Positions 28,704-38,871 of a DNA stretch of 64,000 bases are shown here, piece after piece. Each line of letters begins with the position of its first letter. Position 1 is the stretch's first letter. Source of the stretch: Acidobacteriota bacterium (GTDB taxonomy: Bacteria; Acidobacteriota; UBA6911; RPQK01; JAJDTT01); assembly GCA_965209055.1 (NCBI GenBank), contig OZ242374.1, forward strand, positions 5,312,001 through 5,376,000, given 5' to 3'. The notes under the pieces are model-generated. The model had not been told where the DNA came from and searched no databases. It saw nothing but the letters and a program-made list of their open reading frames with translations. A program made the translations under genes and the position numbers.

Positions 28704-30153
28704 GGCCCGGCCTCTGCCCTGAGGCGGGGAAACGCGGCCGCTTCCTGCCTTCCCAACGGCTGCCCACCACCAGCACGACCAGCGAAACGAGCACTCCGAC
28801 CAGGACCGGATCCATGAATCCCCAGACAAAGAAGCTGGTCCCTGCCTTGAGCTCCCGGGGGGACAAGAGTTGACACAGGATGACAGCCCCGGCGCTGGAG
28901 GTCAGGGACGCCAGCACTGTCCGGCCCCTTCTGCGCATGGAGGGAAACAGCAGGATCGCAATCAGGACGGGTGCGAGCGAGCCGCCGACAATGCGGCCCC
29001 CGATCAGGAAAAGCTCCATGAGGAAGGGAATGTAGTAATAGGTGACGCAGGCCAGGACCGCGGTCAGGAGGATGCTGACGCGTGAGATCCAGAGCATCCT
29101 GCGGGAACCGGCATCCGGATCGATGAACCGCTGATAGATGTCGACCGTGACGTTGGATCCCATGGTGCCGATGGTCGAACTCAGGGTGGACATGTTGGCA
29201 CTCATGAGGGCCACAAAGATGATGCTCCCCAGGACGGGTCCGGCCACCTCGTTGGTCAGGTTGATGAAGACCTGGTCGGCCTCCACCTCCTTTCCGAAGA
29301 AGGCGATTCCGGTCAGTCCCAACAGGGCGGGAGTGATGTACCAGAAAACACAGAAGATCCCCCCGTAGATGAAACCACGTTGCGCCGCTTCGCGGCTGCG
29401 TGCGGCAAACGCCCTCTGGGCCAGGGTCTGGTAACCGCTGGATAGAAAGAACGCCACCGAAAACCATCCCATGATCTCGAGAGCTTCGAAGTTTCCGGTC
29501 GGCGAAAAAAGGGTCGGATCGTCCACTTTCTGGAAGATCCCGCCGAAGCCCCCCGCGCCCTGAATCGATAAAACCAGCAGCAGCACCGTCCCCAGAACGA
29601 TGATGAAGAACTGAATCGTGTCGGTGACCAGGACGGCCCACATTCCACCCAGCGTGACATAGAGCACGGTCACGAAGTAGGTCAGAACCAGCGCCTCGAA
29701 AATGCTGATTCCGAGTGCGGCAGAGGCCACGATCGCGGTCGCCCCGATGGTCCCCGCGGTGGCCGCGAAATCGCGCAGCATCGCCACCACCAAGGCCGCC
29801 AGGCGATGAGTCGGACCGAAGAAGCGTTCCAGGATCTGGGGAGTCGTGATGACCTGGAGTTTCCACATCCTCGGAACGAGGTAGATCCCGGCCCACAGGG
29901 TTCCGATTCCCACGGCGCCCATGTGCCAGTAACCGCTCAAGCCGAAGCTCTTCCCAAAGCCGGTCACGGTGATCAGAGTTACCCCGTTGATCCACGTGGC
30001 GGCCACCGAACACGCGATCAGGAAGGGTCCGACCCCCCGGCCGGCGACGGTCATGTCTTCATACGTCGCGACGCGCTTCCGGGCGCTCCAGACCCCGATT
30101 CCGATGAGCACGACGAGGTAGGCGGCGACCAAGGGCCAGAGAATGGCGTTCAT
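28693..30153 (-). CDS. Sodium:solute symporter (SSS)
   Basis: VAGR, GGMWAVLVTDTIQ, QRAFAARS, SANMSTLSS, TVDIY. Confidence 0.92.
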   Translation of the reverse strand: MNAILWPLVAAYLVVLIGIGVWSARKRVATYEDMTVAGRGVGPFLIACSVAATWINGVTLITVTGFGKSFGLSGYWHMGAVGIGTLWAGIYLVPRMWKLQVITTPQILERFFGPTHRLAALVVAMLRDFAATAGTIGATAIVASAALGISIFEALVLTYFVTVLYVTLGGMWAVLVTDTIQFFIIVLGTVLLLVLSIQGAGGFGGIFQKVDDPTLFSPTGNFEALEIMGWFSVAFFLSSGYQTLAQRAFAARSREAAQRGFIYGGIFCVFWYITPALLGLTGIAFFGKEVEADQVFINLTNEVAGPVLGSIIFVALMSANMSTLSSTIGTMGSNVTVDIYQRFIDPDAGSRRMLWISRVSILLTAVLACVTYYYIPFLMELFLIGGRIVGGSLAPVLIAILLFPSMRRRGRTVLASLTSSAGAVILCQLLSPRELKAGTSFFVWGFMDPVLVGVLVSLVVLVVGSRWEGRKRPRFPASGQRPGPTE

Positions 30154-30314
30154 GGGGAAGAATACCGAAACAGCCCCACCCAGAAGAGGAAGAAAAGACC
30201 GACCGAGAGGAAGATAATGACGAAACCGATGAGGGCGCTTTGCCAGGAGGGTTCGTTCCGGTCGAGATGATCCAGATCTTCGAAGGAGTGTTCGTCGTTC
30301 ACGGAACCGTCCAT
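30150..30314 (-). CDS. 54-aa single-TM protein, not in the ORF track; putative SSS accessory subunit
   Basis: MDGSVNDEHSFEDLDHLDRNEPSWQSALIGFVIIFLSVGLFFLFWVGLFRYSSP; its stop overlaps the SSS start (ATGA). Confidence 0.7.
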   Translation of the reverse strand: MDGSVNDEHSFEDLDHLDRNEPSWQSALIGFVIIFLSVGLFFLFWVGLFRYSSP

Positions 30315-30547
30315 GAAATGAGCACCATTATGGGTGTCAAAGCCGCTTTTGGATCGTCTCGCACTTCGCGTCCCGCACCGGGATCGCCGGGTTTGAATAG
30401 CGCAGTTGCCGTCTCGACCGGCTCACCGGAAAGCTCGACCCCGATTCCGGGACCATGGGCATCTCAACGCAACCGAATAAGACTCTGGTGAGCGTTTCCT
30501 CCATGATATCGTGTTCCCACATCACCAGATAGCGCTCGCGAGGCGAG

Positions 30548-32275
30548 GTGCCGGAACAAGTCGATCCCATCCTTTTTGAGGTGATCCGCAACGCGCTGGT
30601 CGAGGCGACCGAAGAGATGTCGGTCTCCCTGCAGCGGACCGCGTATTCGACCAACATCAAGACTCGGCTGGATTATTCCTGTGCCTTTGTGGACCGCAGA
30701 GGACGAATGGTGGCCCAGGCCTTCTGCCAGCCCGCTCACCTGGTAACCATCGGCAGGCTGGTGCCGCGGGCCGTGGCCGAGTACGGGCCGGAAAACCTCC
30801 ACCCCGGCGACATGCTCGTGGTGAACGATCCCCATCGGCAGGCGAGTCACCTCAACGACATTTTTCTGGTCGCCCCTTTTTTCCACGCCGGAGAACTGCT
30901 GGGTTACGTCACGAACACCTGCCACCACGTCGACGTCGGAGGAGGCGCGCCGGCCAGCATCGGAGCTTTCCGGGAGATCTACCAGGAGGGCTTCATTCTG
31001 CCCGTGGTCAAGCTGGTCTCCCGGGAAAAAGTGGACGCCGATATCTGGAAGATGGTGCTGGCCAATGTCAGGGCGGCGCGGGAGGTGTCCGGAGACCTGC
31101 GGGCGCAGATCGCGGCCAACAAGATGGGCATGCGCCGCTTGGCGGCTCTCGTGGAACGCTATGGAATCGAGAAGCTCAAATCCTATATGGAAAGGCTGCT
31201 CGAATACACGGAGCAGCGGACCCGCAGCGAACTGGAGAAACTGCCCCGGGGAAGCTACGAAGCCGAAGGATGGCTGGACGACGACGGAATCACCGACCGG
31301 CCGGTGCACTTGAAGGCGCGGGCGACCCTGGACGGGGAAACCATCACCTTTGACTTCACCGGCTCGGACCGGCAGCGCTGGGCGCCCATGAACAGCAACT
31401 TGACTCAGACCTTTACCGCCTGTGTCTACGTGTTGAAGTGCCTGGTGGATCCGGACATACCGGTCAACGACGGCTTTTACCAGCCGATCCGCGTGATTGC
31501 GCCGAGTGGTTCGGTCGTGAACGCTCGGCATCCGGCCGCCATCGTCGGCGGCTGGGAAGTCTCCGTCCGCCTTTGCGAGATCCTTTTCCAAGCGCTCTCC
31601 CAAGTTCTGTCCAACTCGGTTCCGGCGGGTACCAAGGGGATGATGTGCCAGGTCGGTTTCGGGGGTCGAGATCCGAAAAGCGGCGAATACTACACCTATT
31701 ACGAGAGTCTGGCGGGAGGGTACGGCGGCCGCGTCGGCTCGGACGGACCGGACGCGGTGCAGACCCATATGCAGAACACCCAGAATGCACCCATCGAGGA
31801 GACGGAGCTCAACTACCCGGTTCGCATCACACGGTACAGCCTGATCCCTGATTCGGAGGGTCCGGGCCGGTTCCGGGGTGGTCTGGGGCTGTGTCGCGAA
31901 TACCTCTTTCCCGGCCACAAAGCGGTCTTCACTTCGCTCTCCGACCGGGCCAGGTTCGCGCCGCACGGACTGTTCGGGGGAGAGGCCGGCAAACTGGCCC
32001 GCTATCTCGTGATTTCCGATGGGGAGGAACGGAAGTTCTCGTCAAAAGCAACGGTGCACCTCGCAGCGGGAGAAACCGCCCGAATCGAGACCTGTGGCGG
32101 CGGGGGCTACGGTCCTCCCTTGGCCCGTGACGTGGAACTTGTCCTGCGGGATGTCAGGGAGGGCAAGATCAGCCGGCAGCGAGCCAGGAATCGGTACGGC
32201 GTTGCGATCGCTCCTGACGGCTCGATTGAACCGGCTGCAACCGACCGGTTGCGTTCGCGTCGCGATTCCCTTTGA
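30548..32275 (+). CDS. Hydantoinase B / 5-oxoprolinase subunit
   Basis: RTAYSTNIK..LDYSCA, NDP...HLND, HHVDVGG, EIYQEG, GPGRFRGG, TCGGGGYG. Confidence 0.93.
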   Translation: MPEQVDPILFEVIRNALVEATEEMSVSLQRTAYSTNIKTRLDYSCAFVDRRGRMVAQAFCQPAHLVTIGRLVPRAVAEYGPENLHPGDMLVVNDPHRQASHLNDIFLVAPFFHAGELLGYVTNTCHHVDVGGGAPASIGAFREIYQEGFILPVVKLVSREKVDADIWKMVLANVRAAREVSGDLRAQIAANKMGMRRLAALVERYGIEKLKSYMERLLEYTEQRTRSELEKLPRGSYEAEGWLDDDGITDRPVHLKARATLDGETITFDFTGSDRQRWAPMNSNLTQTFTACVYVLKCLVDPDIPVNDGFYQPIRVIAPSGSVVNARHPAAIVGGWEVSVRLCEILFQALSQVLSNSVPAGTKGMMCQVGFGGRDPKSGEYYTYYESLAGGYGGRVGSDGPDAVQTHMQNTQNAPIEETELNYPVRITRYSLIPDSEGPGRFRGGLGLCREYLFPGHKAVFTSLSDRARFAPHGLFGGEAGKLARYLVISDGEERKFSSKATVHLAAGETARIETCGGGGYGPPLARDVELVLRDVREGKISRQRARNRYGVAIAPDGSIEPAATDRLRSRRDSL

Positions 32276-32342
32276 AGAAGCCGAATAACATTCGAACTGA
32301 CCGGATTTTTCGGGAGAATTCCCGATAAGCCTGCCGTTGCAT

Positions 32343-34040
32343 TCACCGGCTGCCCATCGATTCACCCTCGATGATCGTCAGAATCCGGTCGGCCTTGATT
32401 TTTTCCAGGGTTTCCCGTCCACCGCCGGGCCAGACGATCTCGATCCGATCCACCTCCTCGCTCTTCCCCAGCCCGAAGTGCAAACGAAGGTCGTTGTGGG
32501 ACAAGTAGTTTCCGCCGCTCCGGATTCGCCGATTCAGGACCCCATCGCCGGTCACGACCTTGACCTTCGCGCCAATCGCGGAACGGTTCCCGGGGCGGCC
32601 AACCAGCCGTAGCTGGAGCCATCGTCCACTGTTGCCTCCATTGTTTCGCAAGAGGGTGAGAGTGTCGTCTATGGCCAGGACCGCCAAATCGAGGTCCCCA
32701 TCATTGTCATAGTCACAAGCCGCGGCCCCCCGGCTCGATTTGGGAGGCAGCCACGCGAGCCCGGCCGCCCCGGAAACATCCTCGAACCGGAAGGCCCCGG
32801 CACCTCGAAACAAGAGATCCTGCTGCTTGTAGTTGAGACTCTCGATTTCCGAAGCCTGCGGATAGAGGTGCCCGTTGGCCATGAAGAGATCCAAGGCACC
32901 GTCGTTGTCAAAGTCTCCAAAAATGGTGGCCCAGCCCAGGTAGGGGATTGTGATCTTCCCCAGTTTGGCTTGAAACGATATATCTTCGAAATTGAAGTTC
33001 CCGAAACTTCGAAACAAGGGATAGTAGTCTTCCGAGAACGTCGTCACGAACAAATCGGTGAATCCGTCATTGGCAATGTCTCCCAGGGCCACCCCCATGT
33101 TGGCCTGAGCCCGGCCTTCCCGGTTGTAGGCGACCCCCGCCAGCAGAGCAAGCTCCTGGAACGTCCCATCCTTCCGGTTCTGATAGAGATAATTCTGTCC
33201 GGCGTCGTTGGTAACGAAAAGCTCGGGAAACCCGTCATTGTCCAGGTCCTCGAACACGGCGGAAAACCCGTAACCCAATTGCTTGTCGGCGACGCCGGCC
33301 GCTGCCGTCACCTCACGAAAAGTCCCGTCTCCCAGGTTCCGATAGAGCACATCGGGAGCTCCCTTCAGACCCAAGGGGCCGCACATGACCGGCAGTCCGC
33401 GGTATTTGCAGGACGCTCCCCCGGTCGGGGGATTGTTGAGATCGAAATCGATATACCGGCTGACATAAAGATCGACCCAACCGTCGCGATCATAGTCGCC
33501 AAAGGTCGCTCCAGTGCTCCACCAGTGACCCCCGCCGACGTTGGCGCCGCCGGTCACGTTTGTGAATGTTCCATTGCCATTATTTCGATAAAGAATGTCT
33601 GCTCCGTAATTGGTGACGAACAAGTCGATAAAACCGTCGTTGTCGTAATCGGCGGCCGCCACTCCGTTCCCCAGGCCCGACCCAAGAATTCCCGCTTTTT
33701 GAGTCACCTCGGTAAAGGTTCCGTCCGCGTTGTTTCGGAACAGGGAATTGGGAGCCCTGGAAGCATCCGTCTCACCTTGGAATAGATTCTCCAGCGAGAT
33801 CCCATTGACAATATAAAGGTCCATCCACCCGTCGTTGTCGTAGTCGATCCAGGCACAGCCGCTGCCGTTTCCCTCCACAATGAACTTCTTTTCAATAGTT
33901 CCACAAGTGGTGTTTATATTTAGTCCCGCTGTCTCACTCACGTCTTCGAAAATCACTTGGTAGTCTTGTGAAATCGCTCGAATGCCGGCTCCCGAGAGGA
34001 ACAGAAAACCAGAGAGCAATATGCGGAATAACAAGGCCAT
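32343..34040 (-). CDS. CRTAC1-family (FG-GAP/VCBS + ASPIC/UnbV) secreted protein
   Basis: Repeated DYDNDG.DL motifs; NRSAIGAKV, LHFGLG, IVWPGG. Confidence 0.92.
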   Translation of the reverse strand: MALLFRILLSGFLFLSGAGIRAISQDYQVIFEDVSETAGLNINTTCGTIEKKFIVEGNGSGCAWIDYDNDGWMDLYIVNGISLENLFQGETDASRAPNSLFRNNADGTFTEVTQKAGILGSGLGNGVAAADYDNDGFIDLFVTNYGADILYRNNGNGTFTNVTGGANVGGGHWWSTGATFGDYDRDGWVDLYVSRYIDFDLNNPPTGGASCKYRGLPVMCGPLGLKGAPDVLYRNLGDGTFREVTAAAGVADKQLGYGFSAVFEDLDNDGFPELFVTNDAGQNYLYQNRKDGTFQELALLAGVAYNREGRAQANMGVALGDIANDGFTDLFVTTFSEDYYPLFRSFGNFNFEDISFQAKLGKITIPYLGWATIFGDFDNDGALDLFMANGHLYPQASEIESLNYKQQDLLFRGAGAFRFEDVSGAAGLAWLPPKSSRGAAACDYDNDGDLDLAVLAIDDTLTLLRNNGGNSGRWLQLRLVGRPGNRSAIGAKVKVVTGDGVLNRRIRSGGNYLSHNDLRLHFGLGKSEEVDRIEIVWPGGGRETLEKIKADRILTIIEGESMGSR

Positions 34041-34132
34041 GTCTATATGTATTGGTTCGAATTGCCCTGTTTTACACTCGGCGCCGGTGCCACTTGACCG
34101 GTGGTCGGCTTCATAGTATCAATCTCGTAACC

Positions 34133-37100
34133 TTGTTGCGTCGCGGGTCCTCTCATTTATTTGTTTTTCTGCTTTGCCTTTTCTGGGTCGTGAACTGTGG
34201 GCAGCCGGGCCCGCCCTACACTCCCGCGGAGGCCTTGGCAACCTTCATTGTCGAAAACGGCTTTCGAATCGAAGTCTTCGCCTCCGAACCGATGGTTCTC
34301 GACCCTGTTGCGATGGAAATCGATGAGCATGGCCGCGTGTTTGTCGTCGAGATGCCCGGCTATCCATTGAACACCGGGGCGACCGGGCGCGTGAAACTGC
34401 TGGAAGACACCAACCGGGACGGTTTTCCCGATCGAAGCACGGTATTCGTCGACGGACTCGTGCTTCCCACCGGGGTTCTGAAATGGAAGGACGGTATTCT
34501 GGTTACGGATGCGCCCAATGTCTGGTACTTCGAAGACACGGACGGCGACAACCGTGCCGATCTCCGAAAGGCCGTGCTGACCGGCTTCGCCCTCTCCAAC
34601 CCTCAGCACACGGTCAGCACTCCAGTCTATGGACTGGACAACTGGATCTATCTCGCCAATGAACCGGCGATCAGAACGATTGTCTTCCAAGACAAATTCG
34701 GCGATCCAGGTTCCAAGAAAAGGTTCCCCGACCGCAGCGACGGGCCCCAACTGGACAGTGTCACCGGCAATCTCCGTTTTCGCCCGGACACTTTCGAGCT
34801 GGAGGCCCTTTCCGGCACCTCCCAATTCGGACTGAGCTTCGATCGATGGGGACGCCAATTCCTCGTCACCAACGGCCGGCATATACGCCAGGAGGTCGTT
34901 GCCGCTGCCTACCTGGGGCGAAACCCGTCCTTGCGCGCCGCTTCTCCGGTAGCGGACATTCCAGATCACACCACACGCGTCTATCCCATCACCCATAACC
35001 CCGAGCACCGAATTCTCACGGGTCCGGGCAACTTTACGTCGGCTTGTGGACTTGCGATCTATTTGGGAGGACTCTTCCCCCCTCCATACGATGAAGTCTC
35101 TTTTGTCGCCGAACCGGCCCACAACCTGGTTCACTGCGACGTTCTGAAAGACAACGGGGTCACGCTGCAGGCCAGCCGAAGTGGCGAAGAGACGGAGTTC
35201 CTGGCCTCCACCGACAGTTGGTTCCGACCGGTCAATCTGTATACCGGACCGGACGGAGCTCTCTACGTCGTCGACTATTACCGCCGGATCGTTGAGCACC
35301 CGGAGTGGATGTCCGACGAGTTCCACAGCCAGGACAGCGGACCCCAGGTTCTTTACGAAGGGAGCCGACAAGGCCGAATCTACCGAATCACTCCCGACTC
35401 CGAAGAGCCGGTTCCCTTGGTGCCGGACTTTCCTCTCGGAAGGGCCTCGGATCCGGTCCTGGTCGAATATTTGAACCATCCAAACGTCTGGTGGAGGATG
35501 CACGCCCAGCGGCTGCTCGTTGGCCGTCAGAGCGTAGGTGCCATCGATCGTCTGATCGAGATCGCCACCGGCGGTAGCCGGCCCGATGCGCGAGTGCATG
35601 CTTTGTGGACTCTGGAAGGCCTGGGGAAACTGGACGCCTCTCTCATCCAAAGTGCCCTGGGAGATCCGGTACCAGGGGTCCGAGAGAACGCGGTCCGCCT
35701 GGCTGAGCCGCGATTGGAGGCGTCTCCCGGGCTGGCGGATCGATTGCTGGCAATGACCGGGGATGCTCACCCCAGAGTGCGCTTCCAACTTCTGTGTACG
35801 CTGGGGTGGCTGGACTCGCCCGGCGCCCGCAACGCCCGCCGCCAATTGCTGATGCGGGACATTGACGACGAATGGATGCAAATTGCGGCTCTCAGCGCCG
35901 CCGGCGTCCGGCCGCTCGATCTGTTCGACACTGGCGTGGCCGAATTCGGCGACGAAGCTTCAAAGGAGAGAATCGCTTTCATTCGCCGGATCGCCGCCAT
36001 GGTCGCTGCCGATCCCGACCATTCGGGGGTCAGGCAACTCTTGCGCAAGGTAGCGAATGCCAGGAGACCAGGATCCGATTGGTGGCGTGCGGCCGCTCTG
36101 GAGGGCTTGGCCGAGGGAATCGGGCAAGGCTCGAAGGGCGCCGCGGAGGGGCTTTCGACAAACCAGCTCCTCGACTTGTACCAGGCATCGACCCTGCCGG
36201 TGCAAAGGGCAACGCTCCAATTGCTGGAACTCATTGAGAAACCCCTCAGTCCAGCACCGGAATCCCTCATCACGGACCTCTTGGACAGGATCGAAGATCA
36301 AGCGGCAGACCCTGCATTGAGAGCCGACTCGGTGCGTCTTCTGGCCCTCTTCGGTGTGAACTTGAGATTTGCCCTGCTGAGCTCACTGCTCGATCCGCAG
36401 CAACCGCCAGAGGTGCAGACCGCTGCGGTGCGCGCTTTGGGGCAGATCGAAGGGATCGAGTCTGGCCGATTGTTCATCTCCAAATGGAGGGAACTGACTC
36501 CTCCGGTCCGGCTGGCGGCCACCGTAGCGCTTCTCTCCAGGCCGGAGTTCGTAGAGCTGCTGGTGACCGGGATCGAAAATGAAGAGGTCCCCTTTTGGAC
36601 GATCAATCAAGGCCACAAGATTCGCCTGGTCATGCAGGAGGATGCTGCAATACGGCTCCGCGTCCACGAACTCTTGCGCAAGTTGGAGGGGGAACGACTC
36701 CGAGTTCTGGAACGCTACCGGGCGGCCCTGAGTCTTTCCGGGGATGCATTCCAGGGAGCTCAGATCTTCAAGGACAACTGTGACAAATGCCATCAGATCG
36801 ACGGCGTCGGTGGCCGCTTCGGCCCCGATCTCGGGACGGTGCGGCATCGGTCGCGGGAGGAGTTGCTCACCAACATCATGTTGCCCAGCCAATCGATCTC
36901 AGACAATTACGAGCTCTATGTAGTCGAGTTGAACAATCGGGTTCTCCAAGAGGGAGTCGTCGGCTCGCAGACACCTGTGTCCGTGACCTTGCTGCGCGAA
37001 GACGGCACCGAGACCGTGATTGCCAGAGAAAATATTCGCCGAATGTACTCGTCGGCCGTGTCGGGAATGCCGGAAGGCCTCGAGGAGGAGATCAGCGTCC

Positions 37101-37159
37101 GGGAAATGGCTCATCTGTTGAGTTTTCTGACCACCTCGTCCGTTCCACCGATTCAATAG
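34133..37159 (+). CDS. PVC-type heme-binding CxxCH membrane-bound dehydrogenase-like protein
   Basis: FASEPMVLDPVAM propeller, WFRPVN..GPDGALYVVDYYR, HEAT-like repeats, CDKCH heme motif, SGMPEGLE. TTG start inferred from the VVNC lipobox. Confidence 0.9.
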   Translation: MLRRGSSHLFVFLLCLFWVVNCGQPGPPYTPAEALATFIVENGFRIEVFASEPMVLDPVAMEIDEHGRVFVVEMPGYPLNTGATGRVKLLEDTNRDGFPDRSTVFVDGLVLPTGVLKWKDGILVTDAPNVWYFEDTDGDNRADLRKAVLTGFALSNPQHTVSTPVYGLDNWIYLANEPAIRTIVFQDKFGDPGSKKRFPDRSDGPQLDSVTGNLRFRPDTFELEALSGTSQFGLSFDRWGRQFLVTNGRHIRQEVVAAAYLGRNPSLRAASPVADIPDHTTRVYPITHNPEHRILTGPGNFTSACGLAIYLGGLFPPPYDEVSFVAEPAHNLVHCDVLKDNGVTLQASRSGEETEFLASTDSWFRPVNLYTGPDGALYVVDYYRRIVEHPEWMSDEFHSQDSGPQVLYEGSRQGRIYRITPDSEEPVPLVPDFPLGRASDPVLVEYLNHPNVWWRMHAQRLLVGRQSVGAIDRLIEIATGGSRPDARVHALWTLEGLGKLDASLIQSALGDPVPGVRENAVRLAEPRLEASPGLADRLLAMTGDAHPRVRFQLLCTLGWLDSPGARNARRQLLMRDIDDEWMQIAALSAAGVRPLDLFDTGVAEFGDEASKERIAFIRRIAAMVAADPDHSGVRQLLRKVANARRPGSDWWRAAALEGLAEGIGQGSKGAAEGLSTNQLLDLYQASTLPVQRATLQLLELIEKPLSPAPESLITDLLDRIEDQAADPALRADSVRLLALFGVNLRFALLSSLLDPQQPPEVQTAAVRALGQIEGIESGRLFISKWRELTPPVRLAATVALLSRPEFVELLVTGIENEEVPFWTINQGHKIRLVMQEDAAIRLRVHELLRKLEGERLRVLERYRAALSLSGDAFQGAQIFKDNCDKCHQIDGVGGRFGPDLGTVRHRSREELLTNIMLPSQSISDNYELYVVELNNRVLQEGVVGSQTPVSVTLLREDGTETVIARENIRRMYSSAVSGMPEGLEEEISVREMAHLLSFLTTSSVPPIQ

Positions 37160-37248
37160 TCCCCAACTGGAAGCCTGGTTCAGGATCTGCTTCCATGTGG
37201 CCGGGGAAGACCCTCCGCAACTCGGGAAGGATGCATGAGGATCGTTCA

Positions 37249-38871
37249 ATGCCAAGTGTAAGACCGTCTGGACGCATCAGAAGACCCTCGGTGGATGAAA
37301 TACGGACTCTGGCCGCCAGGGAATACATCGACCTTTCCCCACAGGAGGCTGCCGACCTCGGGTCCCTTCTGAATGGAATGCTTGTGGACGTGGAGCGCCT
37401 CCAAGATCTGCGTGTCTCCGGATTGAAGGTCAAATACGAGGATCGGGACCCAGGCTACCGGCCGTCACCGGAGGAGGATCCCTGCAACGCCTTCATTCGA
37501 AAATGCCGCGTGAAGGGTGCGCCTACCGGGAAGCTGGCCGGTAAGACTGTCGGACTCAAAGACAACATCAGGGTGGCCGCCGTTCCCATGACCAACGGCT
37601 CGCGCCTCCTTGCCGAGTACGTCCCCGGCGTCGACGCCACGGTGACCGAGCGCCTTCTGGATGCCGGCGCGACCATCGTCGGCAAGTTGAACATGGATAG
37701 TTTCGGCATGGGCGGCACCAACGAAACCAGCGACTTCGGCCCGGTCCGCAACCCCCACAACATCGAGTGTTCCGCCGGCGGGTCATCGGGCGGCAGCGGG
37801 GCGGCGCTGGCGGCCGGCGAGGTCGATCTCGCCTTGGGCGTCGACGAGGGAGGCAGCGCGCGCATCCCGGCATCCTGGTGCGGAGTCGTCAGCATCAAGC
37901 CCACGCATGGCTTGGTTCCGGCCTTCGGCCTTTCCTATCTCGACCACACCCTGGACGAGGTCTGCCCCATGGCCAGATCGGTGCGGGATGTGGCGCTGAC
38001 CCTGGAAGCCATAGCGGGAGAGGATCCCAGAGACCCGCAGTGGGTTCGGGGACCCATACAGGTCGAGAACTACAGCAAGGCTCTCCAGGAGGACGTCTCC
38101 GGTCTCCGGCTGGGAGTCATCAAAGAGTCCATGGATTGGAATCAGTCGGAGTCTGATGTCGGCCGAGCGGTCTGGGAAGCCGCCGGAAAGCTGCGAGCCC
38201 GCGGCGCCTCCGTGGAAGAGGTCTCCATTCCCTGGTGGAAGAACGCCTGGCCGGTTCTGCTGTCCATCATCGGGCATTCGCTGGCGGCCATGGTCGAGTC
38301 GGACCTGGAAGGCTACTGGCGGGGGGGCATGTGCGACCCGGATTGGCAGGAGGCTTTCGGCAGGGCCCGCAGAGCCGGCAGCGACGGATTCCCTCCCCTG
38401 CTCAAAGTCTGGATGGTCATGGGCAAATATCTCAGGCGCGAGTATTGCAGCGTCTATTTTTCCAGGGCCCAGAACCTGAGACTCGCCATGACGCAGAATC
38501 TGGACGAGATGTTCGAAGCGTACGATGTCCTGGTCACTCCCACTACTCCCCTGAAGGCCATCAAGTTGACTCCGTCAAGCCGGGCCGGGTCCTGGGAAGG
38601 GAGAGGTTCGATTGAAATGAACCGCAACACCTGCCCTCTCAACGTCACGGGCTTTCCCGCTATGTCGGTTCCCTGTGGATTTGGTGACAATGGCCTGCCG
38701 ATCGGAATGCAGCTCATCGGCCGGCGTTTTCGCGAGAGCCTGCTCTTTCAGGTGGCATCCCAGGTTGAGCGGGAGGCCTCTCCATCCTTGCACCAACCAA
38801 CAGCGCAAGCACCGTCGCCGCCGTCCCCGGGATACAGGGATGCCAGTGCCAGACGTAGGCGATCCCCTTGA
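37249..38871 (+). CDS. Amidase signature family enzyme
   Basis: GLKDNI, GGSSGGSG, GVDEGGSARIPASWCG, GLPIGMQLIG. Confidence 0.92.
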   Translation: MPSVRPSGRIRRPSVDEIRTLAAREYIDLSPQEAADLGSLLNGMLVDVERLQDLRVSGLKVKYEDRDPGYRPSPEEDPCNAFIRKCRVKGAPTGKLAGKTVGLKDNIRVAAVPMTNGSRLLAEYVPGVDATVTERLLDAGATIVGKLNMDSFGMGGTNETSDFGPVRNPHNIECSAGGSSGGSGAALAAGEVDLALGVDEGGSARIPASWCGVVSIKPTHGLVPAFGLSYLDHTLDEVCPMARSVRDVALTLEAIAGEDPRDPQWVRGPIQVENYSKALQEDVSGLRLGVIKESMDWNQSESDVGRAVWEAAGKLRARGASVEEVSIPWWKNAWPVLLSIIGHSLAAMVESDLEGYWRGGMCDPDWQEAFGRARRAGSDGFPPLLKVWMVMGKYLRREYCSVYFSRAQNLRLAMTQNLDEMFEAYDVLVTPTTPLKAIKLTPSSRAGSWEGRGSIEMNRNTCPLNVTGFPAMSVPCGFGDNGLPIGMQLIGRRFRESLLFQVASQVEREASPSLHQPTAQAPSPPSPGYRDASARRRRSP

